A stretch of DNA of 64,000 bases from Amphiscolops sp. MND2022 (Eukaryota), in the NCBI GenBank assembly GCA_964187785.1, contig OZ076418.1, positions 34,596,001 to 34,660,000 of the forward strand, in the 5' to 3' direction. Under the pieces are notes generated by a model. That model worked only from the letters and a program-made list of their open reading frames with translations. It ran no database searches and had not been told where the DNA came from. Shown here one piece after another: positions 1-12,804 of this stretch. The position numbers and the translations under genes were made by a program. Within the stretch, counting starts at the first letter, position 1. Every line of letters begins with the position of its first letter.

Positions 1-156
1 AAGGCATTAGAAGCCAAAGAAATGTGAGAAAGTCTTGGTGTGTTCAAACGAATATACCGGGAAAAAAGAAGAGATCAACAAATGAACGATTTGATCAATC
101 AAATGGAAAAAGTATTTAAAAACTTTCTGAATTGCAAAAGAAACGTCAAAAGTTGG

Positions 157-1560
157 TGTCACAGCCGAGAGCATGTGCTGGATCCGGGGTGCACGGCAAA
201 TGCTTCAAACCGTCTACTGTCCTCCATTCAAAAACTTGTCAACACGTAAAACTCATGTTATGTTAATTTATTTGCGATGTTTTAACACCAGTTGTGTTAA
301 GTTTTATTTGCTATTGATGCTATGTAAATACCCTTACTACTGTTGATTTATATACACACACATGGTACTAGTTGTTCATTCGCCTTATGCCTAATGTTAC
401 CTTGTTCAGATGTTTGTGAAATGAATAAATTATGCGGTAGTATAATACTGTTATACATAATAGCATGTGACTTGCAACTGGAAGTATTGATTCTGCATAA
501 AGTTTGTAGCACAATGCAGTATAATTTCATTCCTTTGAAATTTATAACAAGACCTTCAAAGATATGACTCATGTGTATTCACACTTAGTTACTTCGGCAT
601 TGTGCTGGTATAGAGTCAAATGAATCATGATGTAGTATTCACTTTTTATCAGTACTCAATGTGATCTATACGTAACCAATCAGAATGAAGTATATGACGT
701 CATGCAGGACGCTATTAATAGATAATTGTGTCATGTAAGAATCTATTTATATAATTTTGGAAAATAACGGAGTGCTATTTTCAGTTATTACCTAATAATG
801 ATGCAATGATGATTTGTTAAAAAACGCTTGTCTTATTGCTAAAATTAGCTCTCCCCAGAAAAGAAGAGTAAGAAAATAACTAGACACACATGAGAAAACT
901 TTCATACAAAACAGTCGCTTCATTTAATTAAAATTCTTTTAATTGAATTTAAACTTAATTAAAATTCTTCTCTCCAAGACTGCATTTTAATCTGACCAAA
1001 ATGGGCAACAAGAGAAATAGAAGATCTAGACGAGGACAATCACCTTCACTTGAGAGAGAGTTGAGCACGTCCGAAATAGAAACATCACAAGGTAATGAAA
1101 CTGTTTTCGAAACTTTGAGTAACTTTGAAAATGTTAGTTCAGTTAGGGATGAAGAAATACCTCTAGACAGTGGAACACAAAACGAAAATGAAATTCAAAT
1201 TTGGACTCAAAGGATATCAGATAAAACGAACAAAGAAGTAGCGAACTTAAGGAAAGAAATGGATGAGAAACTAGAGAAAATACTGAAAGAGATGAAAAAT
1301 AACAGAAGGACACAATCCGTACCAAACAGACGGAGAACAAAACACCCCCAGAGCAGGAACTTCAAAATACGCAAGTAATGAGGACGGTGAAGAAAACGCA
1401 TCTGAGACAGAAAATCAAGAATGTGGAATACAGGATAGTCCTTTCAGGCTATCTAATTTAAACGAACTTAGAACACCAATACAACCTTTGACCATGCAAA
1501 ACATTGATCTAAATGACTCTGTGATCATAAATGAGGAACGCACAGGAGAGGATTATCACA
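157..1560 (+). mobile_element. Solo LTR (1404 bp) of a Ty3/Gypsy family with long, gag-containing LTRs
   Basis: Starts TGTCACA (157) and ends TTATCACA (1560). Identical 5-bp flanks GTTGG at 152-156 and 1561-1565 (TSD). No PBS or internal region follows. Confidence 0.85.
1001..1560 (+). pseudogene. gag: Gag N-terminal fragment encoded inside the solo LTR (frameshifted)
   Basis: ORF 1001-1378 (basic N-terminus MGNKRNRRSRR plus coiled-coil). After a frameshift near 1340-1370 a second frame reads YASNEDGEEN...EERTGEDYH to the last base of the LTR, the same arrangement as GSY|MVTG at 59242. Confidence 0.7.
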
Positions 1561-1744
1561 GTTGGTTGATGATAAAAATGTCCAACAGACGTTGAACGAG
1601 AACATATCTGATACTGTTATATCCAATATAGTTGTCAAGAAGTGAATAACATTAATCATTTTGTTGTTTTTTTTATATTAATTAACAAACCGGGAACGGC
1701 CAAAGTCGGCGCGAACTTTCTTAAAGTGTAAAAGAGGGGACCCT

Positions 1745-2000
1745 TCCCTAGTTGAGACTGCTGGAACACTTTTTACATGCTGCAGGCCTGCATGCAGGGT
1801 AATTTGTTATAAAACCTAGTAAATTCAGAAAGTCTCTGGTGGTAAATCTTTTAGAATTACACTGCATTTTCCACTACTGCAATCAAATTTGAAAATATTT
1901 CCGCCTTCTTTTACGGACACGATCACGTTGTGTTCACACATTGTTTTCTCAAATACTCATCTGATTTAGTCACCGCTTCTCAAAGAGGACGTTGAAGATG
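1745..2000 (+). repeat. Interspersed repeat family with core TGCAGGCCTGCATGCAG (other copies at ~8530-8800 minus and ~14130-14400 plus)
   Basis: Three diverged copies share ACATGCTGCAGG(C/T)CTGCATGCAGG and downstream similarity. Confidence 0.6.
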
Positions 2001-3884
2001 ACGCTAGTTCGCTGTTTACATTGTGAATGAATTTAGTTTGCATTAAAATGGCGGCAAAATTGTTAACGTCTGAGCTGCATTTAAAATTAGAACTGATGCA
2101 TATTGAAACTTGCAGAACTTCACGGCTTGAAATTGCCGCCAAAACTTTGATGATTCTTTAAAGCAGCTTGATAAAAGTTAGTGACAACATGAAAATATTG
2201 ATGCATTAAAGTTTCCGTAAGATATTTAGATTATCATAATAAAAGTTGCTGGTAACATTAAAGTACATGTAAAAAGTTCAAGCATGCTCAACAAGGGTTT
2301 GCACTTTTTGACACTCCAGTTTGGAAAATGAAAATTAAAAAAAAACTGAATGGGGACCATTCGGAGACTTTAAAAAAATATCGATAAAATCAAAAAATGA
2401 TATTTTTGAACAGTGTCACATTGCCGAAAAATGTGGGACCCTTTGGGAATTTTTAGCATCCATTCTGATGCAAAATGAAACAAATGAATGGGGCACCCTT
2501 TGGTGCAATCCAAAAATTCCAAAATGAGTCCCATAGTCACGAAAAAAATATAAGTGAAAAACACCTAAGATAGCCAAAGGGGGATCCTTAGTATGTTTTT
2601 GAGGCTCTGGACGTCGGTGCTGTTTTTTTTTAGTTTTGGACGAGCTTCTGAGGTTCAAGTGTTTTGAACCTCCGTAGTTTAAGTTGTTGAAGAAATGAAC
2701 ATTAAAGTGGACCTTACGCGTCTAAAAAAACTACCCACTGTAAGAGTCAGGCACTTTTCTTCAAAAGCGCCGACTAAAAATGTGGGTAGTGTTCAAATTC
2801 GTAGCGTATTTTTCAGCTGTCAGATTTATGTTAGTCAGCTGTTGGTCACCCTGGGTGCACAGTGATTAATTGTGCGCTATGTAATGATTAAACAGGAGTG
2901 CATAGTTTTTCCAGATATGCTTCTACTAATGTACATGAATGCCTAAAGCAGAAATAATACTGCTGCAATGCAGTGGCCTGTTTTTAACTATGTGAATTTT
3001 TTTTGAAAGTCATTTTTAGGCAGTGCGAAGCAGAACAGAAAAAGCAACGTTGAGCAAGTCCCTTTGAAACAACAACTTCAAGCCGACCAATCCTTGACCA
3101 CTTGGCTGGTACCATAGATAGTATCCGAAAAGGCACCGACTTAGAGAAGCAGAATTGCTTATTGGGAAAATGCACGTTATTAGGTTAAACCTCGCAGAAT
3201 TGGGGAAATGAATTTTGTTCTTCTTTTAAGGCCGCGAATTGGAAGAGTAATTTAAAAGAAGTTGTCTACAGCACCCGAAAACTTTGAACCCGCATAAGCA
3301 AGTAGCTGCAGAAAAGTCTTGAAAGTCGTACAAAGCATTCAGTACCTTAGTCCAAAACATCTATTAGAGACTAAACAAAGACTGAAACCCAAAACATCGG
3401 CTATAGTCTTCTGTGAATGATTTGGCGCCCCAGATTTACTTGGCTGGTTCAAGAACAAGAATTTTTTTTGCGTGGATGAATCGAATAGCAAGCCGATTAA
3501 TATTTAAACGCAGAACCAATGCATTCCTTGAGTTGAAGTTGTAATGTAAAACCTCCGAAAAAAACTTCCCCGAAAAAAGAGGCTGAAAAATGATAAAGAA
3601 ACAAGCAACATGTTTTTTTCATTCTGAATCTTTGGGATTCGTTTTTAGGTACCTAAAGTTCAATGTTACGAGTGATCATGACTACAAAAACGCCTGTAGG
3701 TCTGTGGCAGAGCGTTAAGCGATGCTACGTAACTCACTAAAAAAGAAAACAGGTTGTTGATCAACAAAACTTTAATAAAGAAATATATGCTAAAGATCAA
3801 TTGCCACATGGTCTATACGTTACGTACAGTTGATTATCAATTCATTATTAACAACTCATCAGTTTTATCGAGACCTCTAACATG

Positions 3885-6800
3885 GCGCTGCGAGAATTGC
3901 AATCCAGCGGGGGAAGTTTCCACTTCGGGGGGAGCGTCAGCTGCTTCGGGATTGCCAATTTTTTGGGATTCGGCAGATACAGCACGTAGGACAGAATGGG
4001 AGGAATGGTGGGATCTATCCTAGGTTGCCACTAATGCAAAATATTCAATATCAGTGACAGAAGTGTTATGGGATGTAACAGAACAACAACCCAGAAGTCC
4101 GACACTCCTAAATAACATGAACGAGCAGGCGGCCGGAAGGAAAATAGTAAATGTCCCTTTCTTATGCTTGGGATCGGCAGCAAGGAAAAGCCTAACCGAC
4201 AAGTTCCCTCACATCAGAGTTGCGACAATATCACTACGAGAAATAAAATCAAACTGCGGCGAAGCCTTTCAAAAGCCCAGAAACAGAACGTTGGAAAGAT
4301 ATAAATTCTTTTCACTAAAACAAAACACCAAGGAATCACTCAGACTCTTCTGGCACACTCTAACCGGCATGGCCGCGAAGTGCGACTCTGGCAAACAGAC
4401 GGACAGCATCATAATGGACACATTCATTCAAAAAATGATAATATAACCGTACAGCAGAAGCTGTGCACGGAACCTAAAAACGACCCACATGAAGCATTCC
4501 GTTTTGATTTGCAATTGCCTATGAGGAAGGCATAAATCAACATCGAGCATTTGAAGGAGGAAGTGCAATCCAAGAAGTTAAAAACGAACCTGTATGTGCA
4601 GTCAACGGAAGAAGAAACCCATGTAGCAGATGCGGACTGGAATTCACACAAGACCACCTAGCTGTGTGTAAGGCGAAAAATGAGAGTTGCAGAAATTGTG
4701 CGCTAATTGGTCATTCATGTGCAAAAAGCCAAAAACTGGCAACATGAGGGGAAAAGGCACAAGGGGAACAGAGAAGATAAGCAGTAGATCAAACTGATTG
4801 AACAGGATGACGACCAATCAAAAGACTGCAACGACCAAGACGAAGACAAAATGGTACTACACGTAGGCGGCGGAGGTAACCAACCATTTATGATGAAAGG
4901 CAGAATAAACAACGAGCCGTTCACAACGATGATAGATTCGGGCTCACCGATTACCATATTCACACAAGCTGACCTAGGACGATTACTAAAACAAGACGTA
5001 ATCTTCGCAAGACCACTATCAAAAACAGAGCAGTACGTGGACTACAACAACACACCATTGAATCTCTACGGGTCTACGACAGTAAACGTCTAAAAAAACG
5101 GAACGGGCGCAGAATCCCCCACAATTGCAACAAGCAGTGGAAGCGGATATAGAAAAAATGCTGAAAGAAGGCCACATTAGAAAGGTGGAAAGGATCAACG
5201 ACGAGGTCTCCATCCAACCCGTGGTCATTACTGTCAAGAAACACAAATCTTTCAAAGTGGCGTTAGATGCCATATCCCTGAATGGTGCCATCCAGAAGGA
5301 GAAGTATCAAATACCTAATCTGGACAATTTGATGGAGCAAGTGGCAGAAATCATCAATGAAGAAATCGAGGGAGAAATCAGGTTTTACATCACTAGACGT
5401 GGCATATGCATATGGGCTACCGGAACTACACCCGGACACAGCCCGACACTGTAATTTTCAGATCATCGAGGCAGAGAAATGGTACATATGCTTTTAAGAC
5501 TGGATACTACGGCTTAACGATAATGCCGCCAGTATTCCAGAAGATAATGTATCAGATACTAACCAACATTCGAAAAACATTTGCATTCCTTGATGATATT
5601 CTTACCGTCACAAAAGGGACAAAGAAGCAACACATGGCTAAAGTAGACGAAGTGCTAGATGTACTACATGAAGCGGGCCTTCGACTGAAATTGGCAAAGT
5701 GAAGAATCGCACAAACAAAAACTAAATGATTGGGATACAAGTTATCAGAAGATGGAGTCAAACCTATCGATGAGAAAATTCAGGCGTCTACGTCCAAAGA
5801 AATTGAGAGAACTGCGCTCGCGTATGGGAGCATTGAATCAAATGAATAAGTTCATTCCAAAGCTAGCGAGACTGTGTGCACGGTTACAACCCCTGTTCTG
5901 CAAGACGAATGAATGGAAATGGACTGACGAACACGAGAAGACATTTCAAAGAATAAAGAAAGAAATTCAAACGATCACCGAAATAAACATTTCAAAAGAA
6001 ACCAACCTTCAAAAACAGTGTGTGACGCAAGCAGAGATGGCTTGGGGGTAGTATTGCAACAAGAAACGGAGTGAGGTTGGAGAGCAACACACTTCGCATC
6101 AAGATTCTTAACGTCCTTTGAAGAAAATGACTCCATAAATGAATTAGAACTTTTGGCAGTTGTTTGGGCTTTTGAGAAGTTTAGAAACTTCGTACATGGC
6201 ACAAACCGTGTCAAATCATAAGGCCTTGACATCAATTTTAAAAGGAAATACGGCAAATAAGACTTACTCTAGTCAATTAACTTGTTGGGTAGATCGATTA
6301 CTGCTATATCAATATATTGTAACGCACGCACCAGACCGAACCCTGGGAATGGCAAACTACCTGTCAAGACATCCATCTCCAAGCAATAATAACGTGCAGG
6401 TAAAAGCGGAGGAATTTAGGAACAACTGGTTCACAGTAAACAAAATAAAAAGTGAGAGAATTGTTTCAGATGAACAAATTACACAAGAGAGTGAGAATCC
6501 ACCAATCACAGCAGTGTTGATAGAAAAGAGCAACCGGACGGACCGCAACGGAATGGCAAGCGAAACGACGTTGAGTAAACAAGCAACAAACAATTAAGAA
6601 CATAATTGCGTCAATATGTGAACCATCAAACAGCTCTCCAATGGACAGCCAATCAGATAACGAGATATGGGAAAGTAGCACAATCAAATTCGCTGTTAAG
6701 CTGCCGTTGGAAACACCAATCTCTCATTCCATAGATCAAATGGAAGGGATCTCCAAAGCTTAGAGAATTAAACCTTTGCAGCTCAATTTTAGGCCAATGA

Positions 6801-8200
6801 CTCAATCCAGAAAGTTATATCTCCCATAAAAAAGCTCGAGCCAACAAAAATCAATCGCCTCACTGCGCCGTGGCGCGAAAAATTTAGATGTTTCAGTCTG
6901 GACGACAACGAATTTCTCTACATGGATGAGAGGCTGGTCATTCCAAAATCGTTACGCCCCATCATATTGCGCAGTCTGCATTACGGACACCCGGGCCGCG
7001 ACAGCATGCTTCCAACAGTAGCTAATATGTGGTGGCCGAGGCTTCACCGCGAAGTAGTGGTAATCGCGCTAACGTGCCAGCAACGCAAAACTGCCGGCGA
7101 GAACATTAAACCGCTCTTGACAAAAACACGTAGCTATCAAGTACCTCTGACAAATCAACTACCTATACGTAACGAAATAAATCAAGAGATAGCAACCAAC
7201 TTCGTGGACCCTTTTCGAAACGCAATAGGAGCTACTAGCTCCTATTGCGTTTTGAAAAGGGCCCGCGAAGTCGATTGCTATCTCTTTATTTTTATTTGCT
7301 TCAGGCCAACCTGTATTGTGGTCTGTTGAAACTAGCATATACTTCTTAGAAAGAAGTATATGCTAGTTTCAACAGACCACTATACAGGTTTGCCTGAAGC
7401 AAAAATTCTTCCGAAAAAGCAAACACGGATAAGTAAACTGAGTTTTTGAAAAAATATATCGTACGACACGGATTTCCAAAGACAATAAGAACGGACCCAG
7501 CCACAATATTCTGCAGTAACAAATCTAATGAATTTTGTAAAAACAATCGTGGTCCGTGAAAAAACGCGCGTGCCAAAACTAGAAGGAGCTTTCAAGAAGC
7601 GAAAAGGGACCCTCTTTGAACATAATAATCGTACGATTACTTTCTTCCCAGCCGGGAGAACTCAAGCCACAGTAATCTTCAAACGAGACATAGAGTACGA
7701 CGACCAGCAGCCATGTTGCTCTAAGTAGCAACCAAGAAGAACAAGCACAATCACCACCACACAAAATCAAAGGAGCGAAAGCTCAATCGAGTGCGATGTG
7801 CAACTCGAGAATGAAATGCCACGATTGGACGGAATGGCAAGCCAGCCAAAGGCGACAAGCGACAGCGAAGCAGATAATGAGACTCAAGCTACAACTGAAG
7901 AACAAATAAAAGTAGCAAAAGTCGCAATGAAAAAATTGAAGCAAAAAGCACACCAAAGAAAACTTTGAAAAGAGAAAAAGAAAGCAAAGAAGCTAGTACA
8001 TTTAAGAAAACAGGCACCAGCACCAAAACAACCCGAACCACAAACGGAATCAGAATCCGAAGAAGAAAGAGAGGAGGAAAACCCGCACGAAGAATCCGAA
8101 ATATATTATAACCCAGTGAAACAAGAAAGCCCGACACCACAGCCAAACAAAACCCAAACAGAAGAGCAGAAAATACAACGACGTTGAGAACAGAACAGAT
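3885..8200 (+). pseudogene. pol: Disrupted gag-pol of element A (Gag, zinc knuckles, protease, RT, RNase H, integrase)
   Basis: Fragments read MIDSGSPITIF (protease), VVITVKK..VALDA and AFLDDIL (RT), CDASRDGLG and NELELLAVVW (RNase H), LHYGHPGRDSM...MWWPRL (integrase zinc finger). Many stops and frameshifts. Confidence 0.9.
7175..7402. repeat. Two back-to-back inverted duplications (double hairpin) inside the integrase of element A
   Basis: 7236-7297 is the reverse complement of ~7175-7234. 7296-7347 is the reverse complement of 7351-7402. Removing 7235-7348 restores ...AIGARKKYMLVSTDHYTGLPEA. Confidence 0.9.
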
Positions 8201-9399
8201 TCAAACCAAACCTCTACGGCAATATTATTATGGTAACCCAACTGGTAACACTGAGAAGGAAGTGCCAGAAAAGAAGAAAAGTGCAAACAGCGAGAAACCG
8301 CTAAAAGAGGGGGAAGAGATATACGGAGAAAAATAGAAGAAAACAAGACATAAAACTACAAACGAACAACGTACTGTGTATTTCCTTTATATTAATTTGA
8401 AGTAATGTAATCAAACTACATATATACTAAAGCACTTGTAAACAGGTTGTAAATTACATTATGCAAGCTTACCGAGATTTATTAACAGATACACTTTTTT
8501 AGTTATCGTGGGGGATGTGGCAGAGCGCTAAAATTTTTTCAAAGTCTATTTGGGAAACGGTGATCACATCATACGAGTAGTTGAGAAAACAAAATGTAAA
8601 TACGAAGTGATCGTGTCGGTAATAAATGAAGTGGAATTTATTTTCAAAATTAAGTACGGTAGTGGAAAATGCAGTGCATTTCTACATACTTTACCATCCG
8701 AAGTTCACTGAATTTTTTATGTATTATAAAAATTACACTGCATGCAGGCCTGCAGTATGTAAAAACTTTCTGCTGTTTCAACTAGGGTGGTCAAATAGAA
8801 AGGATTAAAAAACAAATAGATACATTAGCGCTTTTCGAAAGTAAGTGTTAATATAAAAGTACCGTCGTCTAAAACTTTCATTTTGGAAACCAAATGTAGG
8901 GCTTGACGTTAGGAATTCAATTTGAATGCAATCAGTTGATTTGACAGCTGAACGCCTACAAACTTCGACAAGCCGCATGAAAGAAAATATTAAGGAAATT
9001 AAGTTAAAGACAAGTTCCTGACCTTCAGTGAGTGTTTAAACAAAAACATTATTATAATCAGTAGCACAGGGATTTCAACGAAAAAAAATGAAATTTAGGA
9101 GCCGTCAGCGCTCACTGAAAGTAATTGAGAAAATCGACAACAAAGCATGAAAAGTAGTTGTCAGGGCAAAGATAAGGTTCATATCCCTTCTTAGATAAAA
9201 CTGACTCACAAAGACTCAACTAAAACGCAACATACGTACGTCAAACTCTAGAGCAAATCGAAGGTTCCGCAGAAAATGTTTCATTCCCCGAGTATATATT
9301 GTTATTGATGTTATTGATGTTATACATATTGATGGAATCAAGATCTCGCAGAAAAAATACAATTCAAGAGTCAAGTATAATTTCTTACAACCTTTGGAT

Positions 9400-10350
9400 T
9401 AGGAAACTAAAAGATATCTTATTTTGCTGAAAATGGTGGGAATTTTTGTCTCCCGTCTACGAAATTCTCCAAGAATTAGATTTTCAATGATTCCAGTTCA
9501 ACTTAACAGTTTAGGTCAGAGCAAGCTCGTAAATTTTTTTCTGAATCTGTCGTTGTTTTAACATTTTAGCATTTTAGCTTTTTTGTATTCAAGCCACGCT
9601 CTATTTTGGTTCACTAACATTTGGAATTTACTATTTTTAGAATCGTACAGTAGCGTTTTTCTCGGATATCCCTGATCAATTTAGTTAGACAGAAAAATAA
9701 CTTCCAGTTACAGCAAGCATGTTGAATGCCTCGGGCGTAGTATCGATACAAAAGGGATGCTTCTCTATTGGCTGACGACTTGCTTTTTTGAGCGAAAGAT
9801 TTGATTGGTTGAAAGAGTTCCGAATGCGGCCATGGCTGTAATCCCTGCGCACTGGGAGCCAAGAGAAGGAATGGCTTTCTATGTTCGGTTGTATACTTTC
9901 GCAGCCTTTGGGACAACCAGCGATTGATTTCGTGCGCATGTAGGAAATGATTCCAGTGCATTCGGATTCTGGTTATTTCAAATGCATTGTGAATTTATGC
10001 TTGGATATATTTCAGAGTTCAAGCGAAGCTTTATGCTTGTGCTAGTTGGTGCAACCGTTGGTCCCTTTCCTTAGTTGGTTACTTACCGTGCTACCATCTA
10101 TCAATGGCCTTGTATGGCTCAGCTTTAAGCTCAAGAATAATATTCTTACATAATAACAAATCAATACACGATCAAATCCAGAACCGTTTAGTTCAAAAGA
10201 ACCGGAGCAGCGCCAATTAATTTTTCCATCTTGTCTCCCGCTTTTTGCCAAATTTATTTTCCATTTTATTTTCTTGAGGGCCCGCCAACATCGGAAAACT
10301 TCAAGTGAGTTAAATTCACAATCCAAGTTTGCAACAAAAAGTGCAATCAA
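9400..10350 (-). pseudogene. Possible very degraded Mutator-like transposase relic
   Basis: Only weak motif resemblance: GKINWRCSG (FLYWCH-like) and PFCIDTT. No TIR or TSD found. Confidence 0.2.
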
Positions 10351-12311
10351 TTGCCGACTGGTTTATCTGGCTTCAATTTAGAAAATGAATTGAACAAAAG
10401 CGCAGACTAGGCGTCACAGACATATTTTCATCTCTTTCTTTTAATATCCTCACATAATACCCTCCGCCTTCTCAGGAGTTACCCGCCATTTTTGGCTACA
10501 TGATGTCTATTTTAATCGCAGCGTCTCCGCGCCCCTAGGAATTTACCTCTTGTTACCCCACGTCTTAGCGAAAACGCGGGAAAAATAGACGAGCATCTTT
10601 GAGGTTGTGTTGCAAAGACGATAGGTTACGTAATCTAGTTACGTAATTTGAAGATAAAGGACCAGGGGCGACTCAACACTAGACGGCCGGATCTACATAG
10701 TCCATATACAATTTACATACATATAGATACATACATATATGCACCCAAGTTACCATTCCTTTATTTTCAAGGCAATATAATTGTGAATAAAAGGGGCGCA
10801 CATCCGAAACTCGGGGACATGAAAGCCTTTTTCTGAAAAAAATGATTGGGTCTTAGTGTAACCTAATTTTGCTTATTTGTGTTGTTATTTGCTTATATAG
10901 AGTGGTTTCTTCCTTATATCATTCCTACCACTTGGTTGCGCCTATATCCTATCCTGACAAATTTCCTTCTCACAGATTTATTACACTTTGTCTTAGTTGT
11001 GAGCGTGACAGGCGAAGCTCATTTGTCTGAAAGATTATGTTCCTTTTTACCAAATTTGGTTATCACAGTCGAGCTACAAAACAGGCTGCGTTCAAATTAC
11101 TTTAATGTAGGCTAATTACCGCCACATTTACTTTGGAGGGAACCGTGAATTTTGTCTTTCCTGTTTCATAAATTTCCTTATATTCGCTCCGTCTGATGTT
11201 GCATTGAAGTAAATCTCCAGTGATATTGAATTGCCGCCCGCGTATTGTTGGGAAGGAGCAGGAAAAAGTCAAAAAATGGAAAAATCGAAAAACACGAGAG
11301 CGGGACGAGGAAAAAAGTGGAAAGCATTGAAATTGGGAAATAGACTTCGATTATGTTTTTACAAACAGAATTTTTTGAAAATGCGAGCTTTCATTGAAGT
11401 GAAAAGCGCTACAAGCGGAGGCCGAAATCGAAGTTCTTTGATTTAAATTCACGTTGAGTGTTTTAAAGTGGACGAAGAACAACGCTAAGAAGACAATTCA
11501 ACAGAATAGACTGATTTCCTCTTCCTGCAAAGACCAGCTACCTCTTCTTTAAATATCAATACAAAAGAAGCTCTCACAAAAATGGTGTGCCAATTTTCAC
11601 ATTGGAACCAAGTGTGAAAAAATGTATTTCTCCATTTATTCACCTCGTCCTTGATTGGTGCTATTTCCTTTTCCCTACATTTTCCCAATTTTTCTACAAG
11701 CCTCTTTTTGTTGTAGTCGACAGTAACATCTTCAGCTGATAACACCGCATTGATTTTCTACATGTTATCCCAAACGCATTCATGAGACATGAAAAATTCA
11801 GGCACCCACAAGCAGTGTTTCATCAAGTGCTTATACTTCTTTCCATGAACGTGACAGGATACGTAAGTTGCGCGTAAAGATCTTTTCACCTGAAGACGGC
11901 ACCTGAACAACAAGAATTATTCACGTGTTTTGCTTGCATTTGTGTTCGTCAATCTCATCAAAATGTCGGTGGTAAGTGTCATTTCTGCATTTTCGAGAAC
12001 TGAAATTAAAGCTCTTTAAGCAGTCGAATTTAGAAATGAAAAAATTAGCAGATTTTCTAGAAACCACAGCGGAATACCATTAGCAGTGAATCGTTAATTA
12101 AAAAGACGTGAAAATGCATAAAATTTCTATTCATAAGCTTCTTCCATATTTGAAAATCATACATTGGTAATGTCGATTCGTATTTACATGCGTGTACATG
12201 TTTGTACATGTACAACTGTGTGGGAGTCTGATGTTTCCACATTTTCCCTAAATATATATAACAAATTTATCTTGAAACAAATTTAGAGAACTCACCCACA
12301 GTTCATTACTA

Positions 12312-12494
12312 CAGTCAAATTCGGATAAAAGAAGCTCAGAGGGCGGTAAGAAAAGAGTTTCTTTCATTCATAGTTTCTTTTATCAGTGGTCTGATCAACC
12401 TAAAAAGTTTGTCTTGTATCAAAGCGGAAGAGTAAAAAGGTTTCTTATATCTAATTTCTCTTTTATCCGTGTTTCGTTTATCCGAGTTCGACTG
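12312..12494. mobile_element. MITE of Tc1/mariner-pogo type
   Basis: TIRs CAGTCAAATTCGGATAA and TTATCCGAGTTCGACTG, with TA on both sides (12310-11, 12495-96). Confidence 0.75.
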
Positions 12495-12804
12495 TATTTG
12501 TTAAATTGGGCTACCAGTAGGGTCCGCGGAAATTAAAGCTGAAGGACCAGTAAATTTCATGTTTCTATTTCACGCTAATTTCACGTATTTTTATTTTACG
12601 CCCATATTTCATATGGGAAAGGTTTCTTATATCTAATTTCTCTTTTATCCGTGTTTCGTTTATCCGAGTTCGACTGTATTTGTTAAATTGGGCTACCAGT
12701 AGGGTCCGCGGAAATTAAAGCTGAAGGACCAGTAAATTTCATGTTTCTATTTCACGCTAATTTCACGTATTTTTATTTTACGCCCATATTTCATATGGGA
12801 AAGG
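12436..12804. repeat. Apparently exact 182-bp tandem duplication
   Basis: 12436-12617 repeats at 12618-12799. AAAGG recurs at 12800-12804 (junction microhomology). Confidence 0.95.

Larger units (their letters stand above)
3703..8529 (+). mobile_element. Degenerate Ty3/Gypsy LTR retrotransposon (element A)
   Basis: 5' LTR 3703-3882 (TGTGGCAGAGCG...CTAACA). PBS TGGCGCTGCGAG at 3883 (tRNA-Ser-like). PPT GGGGGA at 8510-8515, then only a ~14-bp stub of the 3' LTR (TGTGGCAGAGCGCT) from 8516. Confidence 0.85.

Noticed and set aside
7889-8346. Hydrophobic minus-strand ORFs as membrane proteins
   Set aside because: Antisense shadows of the A-rich, low-complexity integrase tail; the same applies to most short ORFs in the track.
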